64,000 bases of DNA from Fimbriosthenelais zetlandica (Eukaryota). Made by a program: the position numbers and the translations under genes. The notes below the pieces were generated by a model. It did no database searches. It was not told where the DNA came from and was given only the letters and a program-made list of their open reading frames with translations. This document shows, piece by piece, positions 54,103 to 64,000 of the stretch (its first letter is position 1; every line of letters begins with the position of its first letter). Where the stretch lies: assembly GCA_977030845.1 (NCBI GenBank), contig OZ365118.1:3472001-3536000 (forward strand), written 5' to 3'.

Positions 54103-54350
54103 CCAGCGGGGCTGACCACTGGTCAGCAGGGCTGGCCACTGGTCAGCAGGGCTGGCCACTGAGACGCACTGGTCAGTAGGGCTGGTCACTGAGAGGCACT
54201 GGTCAGTAGGGCTGGTCACTGAGACGCACTGGTCAGTAGGGCTGGTCACTGAGAGGCACTGGTCAGTAGGGCTGGTCACTGGTCAGCAGGGCTGACCACT
54301 GAGAGCCTACTGGTCAGTAGGGCTGGCCACTGAGAGCCTATACTGGTCAG
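54103..54350. repeat. Composite 20/30-bp minisatellite with an exact 60-bp higher-order duplication
   Basis: A 20-mer core cactggtcagYagggctgRY occurs at 54117, 54137, 54167, 54197, 54227, 54257, 54277 and ~54308. It is interleaved with the 10-mer cactgagaSg. 54157-54216 equals 54217-54276. Confidence 0.95.
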
Positions 54351-54661
54351 CCAACCGGTAGAAGCAAGTCGAATAAAAGGAGGAAGTGGGAGAGCCATCT
54401 AAAGGTTGTGAAAGACAACCCCCATCTCTATACCAACTGTTACCACTGCCAGGAAGCACATCCCCACACCACCCCCTCCCACCTCCCTCTACCCACCATC
54501 ACCCCAATTGCACCAACTGTTACCACTACCAGTAACCCCCCCCCCCACCCCCCATCTTGGTCTCTGGAGGCGATCAGTGGGAGGATCGTGAGGAGCCTCA
54601 GAAGTAGCGCTTTACTCCAATCTTCCTCATGTTCATCATTGGTGAACATAAGGAGTTTCTG

Positions 54662-54856
54662 TCAAAAATAGACGACCAAGATGACATTCTTAGACCATCT
54701 CAAAAATAGACGACCAAGATGACATTCTGAGAGAATCTCAAAAATAGACGACCAAGATGACATTCTTAGAGAATCTCAAAAATAGACGACCAAGATGACA
54801 TTCTTAGACCATCTCAAAAATAGACGACCAAGATGACATTCTTAGAAAATCTCAAA
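54662..54856. repeat. 38-bp minisatellite (5 copies + partial)
   Basis: tcaaaaatagacgaccaagatgacattct(t/g)aga(cc/ga/aa)atc at 54662, 54700, 54738, 54776 and 54814. Confidence 0.97.
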
Positions 54857-57800
54857 CTCAGGATTGATGGGGGAATAAATAGAAAACAGAAATAATATAA
54901 AAGAAACAAACTCAGGGGAAGATTTATGAGTTAAGAAAAGGACTGAAAATAGAGTCCAGAGAGAGAGTAGAGATTTAGATCAGGTAGGGTAAAGATTTCT
55001 TGCCATTCACTTGAAATTTGTTGGTCCTGCTGCCACAGCAACAAAGCGTGGAGAGGAGATAAAAGTGGTTGGACATAGAGGGAGGTGGGTGAGAGGCGCG
55101 GGCTGCCAATACTGGACCGTCAGAAGTGTGTGTCCACCAGCCAAGCGCTGGCGGATCATTATTGGTAAGGAAGATGAGGCAGGACCACAGGCTAGCCAAG
55201 CCATCTCCTGCTTGATTTACTCCCCAACCTGGCGACCGGGCCGTGAGCAGGGCTATAGTGAGCAGGCCATATGTATAGAGTGCTTCCCCCAGCCCCTTTA
55301 TCACCGCTCACTCCGAGCATATCAAAGAATTCAACCAATGGAAAAAAGCCTAAGCCAAGGCAGATGCTCGGACAAAATATGCAGGGCATTGTCAGTGTAT
55401 GCAACCTTTGGTATCCATGTACATTCATATCTATATTGTTATCCTGCATACAGATGACTTAGTGAGCGTCTAACAATGCCTGGTGATGATACGAGACGAG
55501 GCTTGGTGCGGCTGCTATAGATGGGTATAACTAAAACCCATTCTTAATGCAAGAATTGGCCACAGGTCTCAGATGGCAACACTTTCAATCAAAGCATCCT
55601 AAATGCGGCATAGGGCCGTGTAGTTATTGCCCTCCAATGATCCACATTGCTCCAGTCAGAATACAGAATCGGGTTAGAAGGCCCTTTCTCGCTGTTAGAT
55701 TATGCATACGTAATGTGGGGCATATGGTAGCACAGTTGCATTATGGCATAAAGGCCATTTCATTGCCATAAAACATGTATTATCTTGATAGAATCAAGTG
55801 GTGCCACCGACGTCAGTAAGCAGTAAATCAGAATGCATCTCCCAGTATACAGTCAGCCAGTTCACTGCAGCTGTGCCAGGCTTTAGACATCGACAACCCA
55901 AGAATCAAATCACAAATGAAGTCTGATGAAAAAGTCATGATCGATTCTTTAAAACATTTTTTAAAACAATTTCCATCCCAAAGAGCCATAATTAGTATAA
56001 TGTATTCAAAATCCTTCTCAGAAAATCTAATATTTAATTAAATTTGTTCATATCAGCAGTACAGAGAAGCAAAACAAGATGCTTTTGAGTATACTTCAGA
56101 ACGGTTACTCCTACCACGATATGGGGCAAAGATTCCAGTCAAGATGAATGCTTTCATCTCTCTTTGTCTTCTCAGAATAAAACGGAGAAGAAAAATAGCC
56201 AAGTTATAAAAAGCGGAGTGAGAGACCTGCGGTACTCGGGGACGTCCACATACCCCCTTTTGTCCCTTTTACTTGCAGTGATTGATTGCTTATTCCCAGC
56301 TGTGCTCCAGTCAAAAGCCAGGCCTTCAATGATGTATCACTGAGAAACAAACCGCATCTTTTTCACAAGGAAAGTAGTGTCAATATATTTGTCTTGGATG
56401 CCTGTACCCCAGAGAGGCATTTTTATATACTTTTTATAAGCTTATTCTAGAAATTAACCAGGGCGGTGTTGGTTTGGAAATATGAGAAAAAAATTGGCCA
56501 AGAATCAATGGTACTTGGTAGGCAGTCAACCCATTAAAAATGGGTTTCTTGGGATTATTTTGGTTTAAAACTAACTAAAATGTAATTAAAGCATTGTTTT
56601 CTCTCAGCAGTTTTAGATCTTTAAGATTCTCCCACCATATTAAAGCCACACTGGCTTATCTATCGGACATAGAAGTAAACTCCATTTCACGGGGCAGATT
56701 TACTTTGCCCGTTGCAGACGAACACCCGGATGTTCTGAAACTCAATCAATTAGAGGGAAAACAGCCAGAATAGTCACGTTTGGAGACACGCCTTCAATTA
56801 AGGTCTGACCAAGCAGACCGAGTCAATCTCCCCTCATGAAGGCTCCGGGCTCTTCAATCTATTTCAGTCTCCCCAAAACTTTACCCTATCAAGTGATCCC
56901 AGCCTCCACCCATCGAGTTGTGGACAAGGGGCCTGTTTTTCACCGCCAGCGTCCATTCGTCTTTGTAGTGAGGGGAGTACAGGAGGGGATGTGTCGGGTA
57001 GTCTTATTCTCCAGTCTTATCCAGCTATAGGTTGAGCCATCCCTTCTAGTATCACACTTGTTGTTGACCTGTCCAGCATGGACCCAGACCATCTGTGACA
57101 CCACAGACAAACACATTGCCCTTCTACCATACACGTCCCCAGTTTTCAACTTTAAACTATAAAGATGGTAAACAAGGCTGTGTTTTTTATCCATTGAAAT
57201 AGGTTTAAATTACGAGTGGATAATGAGGGAGCTGTAATATTGGAAACCACTCGTCTGAGATGGATCTATATGGAATGGTGGGCTGGTGTAGTAATCTGGA
57301 CCCTATCTCGTATATCGATGGCCTTATTATAGTATTAATGTATGACACGTTGGTCGATAGCGTGGTGGGTCTCATTAAAACGAACCCCCCTTTATATTGA
57401 CCATTCCACCATGCCTTTGACACACTTTCACTGGGAATATTGACAAGGAGAAAAAGATCAGCCCTGGCCGGAAGCCAGGCCAATTTTTCTTAATAGACGA
57501 TGAGCGCTGGGAACAATAAATCACAAATAAAGCCTGGCTGGAACAAGATCGATTAGTGTGCAACAGCTTGGACCTGCAGCTGATGTGCAAGTGTATTCCA
57601 GCTAAATAAAGTGTTCATGGAGTCAATGGTGGTGTATTGAACATGGAGCAATCAGCTGGTCTAACCTACTTTATAATGTCATTCACAAACAGTGTATTCC
57701 GCTATTATCGTTCATCAAGGCTATATAGGCGTATTATCTACCTTAATAACGGGGCAAATACCACCAATATCGACATATGACCAATTAAACGTCCAATTTA

Positions 57801-60800
57801 TTATCATAGGCTGCAGTGTCATAAACGGGGGTATGTTTCATACAAAATTAATGACAATCATTTGGTCGAAGATGGGTATCACCAAAAGTGATGACTTGAC
57901 ATGTTTCTGAACCGCACTAATGCCTTCCATGTCAGTTTTAAGGGAATAACAGGAAGTACTGAGAACTGCAAAGACCTTTTCAATCTTGCTTACGTTGCGG
58001 TCCATGTTAAGGACAGTTAAAGTATTAGGGGTTATCCCTGGAGGGGACTTCATACGGGAAGCACAGTTAAAGTTGAATGTTAGCCAGTCATGAACTTTCC
58101 AATGATCATTCCCTGATGAACTGTCAAAAGGCATCACATTGTCTCATTCATCATCCACTAAACCTACCAATTACTACAATTATTCCTGGTTTAAATGTGG
58201 TATAATACAAATAGCGCACTGCCAACCAGTCATTTGTAATTGATCGTGCATTGTGGATATTGGAACTGAACACTGTGGGGAATGATGGAGAATTGTAAAA
58301 ACCAAGTCACAAAGTTTGATTACCTTCACTTCTTATCAACCCGATCAATGGTAAATATCGGATAACTGAAAAGTCCGACCTCGAGGCTATGACAGCGGTG
58401 ATGGCAGAGCTGCTATAATTATTGGTCTTTAAAAGTACACCAGCATCGTACAAGTTTTGCCAAGTCCTGGAACATTGTGCCTCGGGGCACACGGCTTGTA
58501 TTTGAATGTGATACTGTTTTCTGGGCTCAGGTGGTGTTCAGGTGGCCATCATTTAAGATGTTATCTGACTTTGTCTTAGATTGAAGATTACCGTGTTATA
58601 ACCGGGAAATGTGTCACACACTTCCTACCCCTTAAGCCATCAGCCTTACTCCGATATGTTAAGTTTCAAATTCTAAAGGCAGTAATCAACTGTTGTGATA
58701 TTGCTTTTGAAACAAAGGGACAAAGGTATGGTGGTGCTTGTGTCGCAATAAAATTTTTGAAGTTGTGAACAGTGGAAGGCATTAAGGCCGTCCTCCACTG
58801 GTAGTTTTCGACACAAACCTCATTTTGTCATAATATCAAGCCAAATCGCAGCAGTGGGGTACTGCTTTTAAAGTCTGTTATTGTTGAAGAGGAAACTGAA
58901 TGCTATACCAAGGGTAGACGTACGTATGTTCAGCATTAAAAACACATTGTTCCTGTCTGCTGACATTTATGGCTGCTCAAGAAATTCGTCATTGTCATTT
59001 CCCTTCAACAATCCTTTTAACACAGCTCTACACTATTTTCCAAGGAACTCAATTATTCCACAAGTCCCTGCTAAATGTCTCTTACTGAGATATGAATAGA
59101 ATAAAAGGTCTTTTTCTGTGTGCTTCTCATTTGTGTTCAACTCAGTGGAGAAACATTAAGATGCCCGCGAATAAAGGCAGACAAGGTCGCGTCAATACCG
59201 AAGATGTAAGAATATATATAGGTAGATAAAAAAAGATGAAATACTGAAGAAACATTCAGAGCTCTAGGGATTTCCATATACTTGAATCTTATGCATGTAT
59301 GAGGGGGAGAACCAAAGGATAGAGCTATATCTCTTCTCTCCCACCCCAACCAAATGTACTGCATGCATTCATTGTATCAATATTTGGCAACTTATTATCA
59401 ATATTCCAGCAAAATGAGTTATCAAAGATACTGTTTTTGCATACCATTTCAAAAGATTCCGTGTATGCTAATTGAGTAAGTTGAACTACACTGATAATGC
59501 TGTGTACTACTTGTCATGCAAACTCTTTTTACAGGAGGAGGTTGAACAGTGTGTGTAGGTCCGGAGGTAAATTAAAATCTATTGAAGTCCTCTTGTGCCT
59601 GAGGAAGGCAGGGAGAATTTGATTTGCCATACGGTGTTAGTTCATACAAAGACTTTAGCTTTTTGATATGCAGGCTATAAGATTGTAGATTGAGAAGAAC
59701 ATTAATTGTTTCTTTATGTAATCATAGAAGAAGGCGGGAGAGTAGAGGAAGAATGACTAATTTCATTACTGACTGCCTCCAACATACCTCCTCCTCATGT
59801 TCAGACAAGTTATGAGAAGACATCTCAGAAAAATGTCTCTAAACTGATATGGAGTAGAAAGCATTCTAAGTACATTTGAGGAAATCGATATTTCTCTGAT
59901 GCATTTTATAAAAGGCGTGGTCCTTAAAGTATACAACAGAGCATATTATCCGGCGGTCTTTCATGTCCCTTGAGATGACTAATATATACAATACAACCTT
60001 CATAGAACCAGCCCCGCATGGATGGAGCGGTTTTTTCACTGGCTTCAATCTACCAATGTATGGTAAAAACAAAAGGCCTGCTCATCTGATTAATTGCCAC
60101 GCTCTGGCTCCAATCAAGGGGGGAGATGTCCATGCAGCCTCGGTCCACCAGTTGGTAGTGGAGGGGGTATTAGACATTGTCCTATGTCCTCCATGTCTAT
60201 TTTGTATCGGGGAGAGAGGGAGATAAAGCGGGGAGGGGAAGTAGGAGAATAGCAATGGGGGAGAGGCTTGTGATAGAGGCATGTTTTCTCTTCCTCCAGC
60301 CAGCCATGCTTGGCAAACAGCAACTGGAAGAGGCCGGTGTTCTTAGTCAACATCCTACATGCAAAGACTGTGAGGAGTGACCCCTAGTGCCGCTACCATT
60401 CCTCTCCTCCTATATATCAGAACCAATGCATTACGTCCCATTGATCTCTGGAGCAAATGTGCAATTGAGTCGGGCAACCGGGGCTACAGATTCCCTCCAT
60501 CCATCCACAACAGGCTTGACATTGTCATTTACTCCTTGGTCAATAACTTGGAATTTTCCTTGCGCTAATGCAGAGCGTAAATCGAAATCTCTGGCTGGTG
60601 AGAGAAGGATGTCTCCACTGCGCTTACAAAGGAAGGCCCCCGCCATGGCTGAAATTGAGTTCTCTCTACTAAAAGTATTTATGTGTTGCGGGAGTATACC
60701 CAGGGAATTAGCTGATTTCTGGTGGCCGGTAGTGTTTTACACTAGGCTTGGTGGTTTGTTGGTGGGGTGATACGGCCTGGGTGGAGTGGTACATGGTGTA

Positions 60801-63800
60801 TCTGGGTTGGTGGGGGTGGGGGTGGGGGTGGGGGGGGGGGGTGCATGGCTTATTGATGGTCAGGGAAGACAAAGGGTATATCAGCACCCCGTCTATGATT
60901 TACCGACCCTCTCAGTCCTGCCCTCTCTCCCCTCGGGGGCAATCAAACTTCTTCCACAGATACACACCCGATTTCAAGTCAGACAGAAATTCAATCAAAA
61001 TAAAGCTAAGGAACAGGAGAGTATTGATCGGGGATCCGGGTCATAAAACGGGCTAGGTTTTTGTAGGTATGAATATAAGGTATGTTTATGTAGTGAAAAG
61101 CAGGAAATATGTTAATTTATCATACTTAATGCAACATATTCACGTGGTAAGTGAAGGTGATGTAACAGTTCATGATGCCACTGACTAAAGGAACTGTGAC
61201 ATGATCAAAATTCATGGACAAATAGTCCAACAACATCCTGAACAGCCCAAAACCTTGGCAGTCAAAAACAGTGGCAATTTAGGGGCAAAAACAGCGCCCG
61301 GGAATTTTCCATGCCAGATTCATCACAAGAAATGTATTGCATTATAGATTAAAACTAATTTTCATGAAAAAGGGCTTGACAAACATACTGGTACGAGGTA
61401 AGTATTTGTATAACTAATTAACAGTGCGTGGGATGTGTAAAATAATGAAGACCCTAATTGACCCTTGAATCATTAAAACATTTTATGGAGAGCCACTGCC
61501 ATGACAGATGGCCCTAAATGTTAAGAAATAGAAAATAAATTAATTTCCAGCAGATGAGAACACCCTGACAGATTTATGTGTTATTATATTAGATGTTGGT
61601 GGGCGGAGTGTATGGGCCACACTCGAGATAAACTTCTCAGTTTTAAATTAGAATTTCAGGAGAAATTAGAAAGTCAGGGAATGTATGGGAAGGGAGTGAG
61701 TAATGGTTGCTTATCTAGTCACATTTCTCCAGATATCTTGGGATGGGGACAGTTTGCTCACCAAATGAACAATGGTCTGTGACAGCAATAGTTTTTAACA
61801 TGTCTCTACAGGCATTTTACAGGGGGTCCTGTATCTGAGGTTACATTTTACAGAACTGAGTATGTAAACCTGTACGGTCCTGTAAATGGGGGTCCTGTAA
61901 TCTGGATGTGCAGTGTATGTAGTGGGAATGGTATGTAGTAAGATAATATGAAATGGTACATACGTGGGTATTTTTTTATAAGACAGACCCTGTGAGTAGG
62001 AGACTAATAGGTGGTGCCACAGGCCATGGATTAGAATGTAGAGCAGGCCTGCAGCTCTCTGTGAGAAACTGTACGAACTCTACATGATAAGGAGTGATCC
62101 GGGCCCGCGCTACTTGACCTGTCACATGCAATAGTCAGATAGAGAGAAGAGGATGATTAGATGCCATCCAAGTTCTCATCTCACAGACAGAAACAAAGTA
62201 TAAACACATTGTTCTCAGCCATACACCCCCTCCTATACAGCTCCACTGAGACTCACATGTCAATATCGGATTTAAATCTGTTCTCAGTCCGAGCTGGTTC
62301 GAGGACGTCTCTTTTAAATAGGAAATAGATGTTAGCAATATGCTAAAAGCCCCGCGTCCTCTTAATTGAACAATACTGTATGCAAACTGCCAGCGGTTGG
62401 CCTTTTACCAGCCCCTCGGTTTAGCGAGCTGTTTTGATTTATGGAAGAGGTGTTTTGGTAAAGGATTAGCTTTATTTCTACGTATGCTGCATCCTTAGCC
62501 TGGAGGTGAAGAAGCTACATCCCTTTTAGCCTTGTTGAATATGAATGGATGCCTCGCTCGCATTGCCCCTGGCGGCCCCTGCCCCCACCACCACCAGTCT
62601 TTTTCACATACCATCCACTGAACGTTTCGGCTCTCTCCTGCTAATATATATCAGCATGCAGTTACTGAGGCAAATGAGTTCTAGCGATTGGTTGTCTCTT
62701 AGCACCCCTACCACTCTGTCATCATGGGCCTTAGTCAAGGCTTCCGTCTCTACTAACAATGTATGATGGAACAATAGCATCCACAGCCAAGATGGACGGA
62801 GAAATGACAAGCAAAACCACCACAGACACCACAGGCATCTCCTCATGTAATATTAGTCAGATGTAGCAGCTTTATCGGGGGCTGCCTTCAGCACAGGCAC
62901 AGCCTTTGGTTTGAATCGTTCACACTTGGAGCTAGCCCTGCCGTGCTATGTTTAGATCGAGTTTACACTCTCTACTTAGCCAGGTATCAGGCAGTCTGCG
63001 TGGCTGGAATTCACAATCATTCCCTACTAATCAATTTGAATTGATACCCTTCATTTCCTTAAGTAACAAAGGTGTGCAGCAAGCCTTGAATCATTGTAAC
63101 CCCCAGGCCTAGATCTACTTGATTAAACATGTCTGGAATAACTTCAAACCATTTAAAGAGAGCTTTAGAGTTGAAGGTGAATTTGATATTGATCCAGGCT
63201 GGGTGCTTCTTCTCGCATCCATACATACAGAGCAATGGAAGGTTGATACATCTATACAGCCAGATTGTTGTACTTTTAATTAATGCAAAAAATACTTGTG
63301 GATGAAAGTGTGGGGAGTGGGTGAGGCTGGCATGGGGTATTGATTGGCCATTAGGCTGAGGATTTCCTCAATAAAGACCTATAGGGTGGATGTTGGGTGA
63401 GTGGTGAGAGGGGGGAGGGTTAAGGTGTGGATGATGGGGGGAGGTGAGTGGGGTATAATGACCGCCTGACCCTATAGGTCACTCAGACCTGGGCTTTTAT
63501 CATGAGTCGTGATTTATGACAATTATGTGCTAATCCCACTCTGACTTATCGATAAATGCTGGAGCCACGGCAGAGAATCCACGGCCACCTCCATTCACAG
63601 CTGTTCTTTATTGGCAGCATAAAACTTGCATGAATATCGCCGATCCATACACGCCGCTAAAACACCGGGCCAGGATGGGTTTTGTTTTTTCATTCCGAGA
63701 AGGAAAGTCTGACAGAAGTGGCAGGGAACAGCCTTGAGTTACTTTATAGTTGTTTCATATTTTTCTATATGTACATCATATTTCTGTTTTTTATATATGT

Positions 63801-64000
63801 GTGTTTTTGTCTAGGATCTGGTTGTTTACAGGTGTTGTTTGGCAGATGTCTTCATTGATCAATAGTTCAACGATCTGACATGCAATGTCAGTAAACATAT
63901 GCACTGCCAAATCTTATAAATATACAATTTCATTGTAAATTAAATTCAGTAGAAATCAAGAAGAATGTTAGTAAGAATATTAAGTGACACAAAGTAATTT

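Noticed and set aside
54070-54279. Minus-strand ORF with TSPTDQCLSV repeats
   Set aside because: It is simply the translation of the 30-bp minisatellite, with a non-ATG start and no splice context.
54662-54856. CRISPR-like look: a constant ~29-bp block with a variable end
   Set aside because: The units abut with no unique spacers, the variation is only 1-3 substitutions, the context is eukaryotic and there are no cas genes. It is a minisatellite.
56700-58200. Region of mixed composition suggesting a decayed transposon ORF
   Set aside because: No RT, integrase or transposase motif is recognisable in any supplied ORF. A translated HMM search would be needed.
62573-62586. CTCF-like ttgcccctggcgg
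   Set aside because: It is one base short in the C-run, so it does not align to the core consensus.

Overview
This is AT-rich animal genomic DNA, not prokaryotic or viral. It is probably lophotrochozoan, inferred from the SINE type and protein motifs, and the species cannot be determined. The only well-supported coding content is the 3' end of one + strand gene. Three exons (17772-17990, 18396-18564, 24052-24827) have canonical AG/GT ends and matching phases (0|0, 0|1, 1|stop). They splice into a 387-aa low-complexity tail carrying MSTTDSGRGPSED and DDASTTSGSY, motifs I recognise from memory as typical of invertebrate protocadherin cytoplasmic domains, and ending in a class I PDZ-type SFV*. 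The cadherin-repeat/TM exon is not in the window, so at least 17.7 kb upstream is intron. The rest is non-coding. It holds a candidate convergent minus-strand spliced transcript from a CpG-rich promoter near 30.2 kb, an orphan + strand exon at 45.2 kb, a tRNA-derived SINE, a decayed tRNA-Met-like sequence, several tandem repeats and motif-dense GC islands. I see no CRISPR array, intact transposase or clearly novel biological system. The leads below are hypotheses from reading by eye, and nearly all ORFs in the supplied track look spurious.
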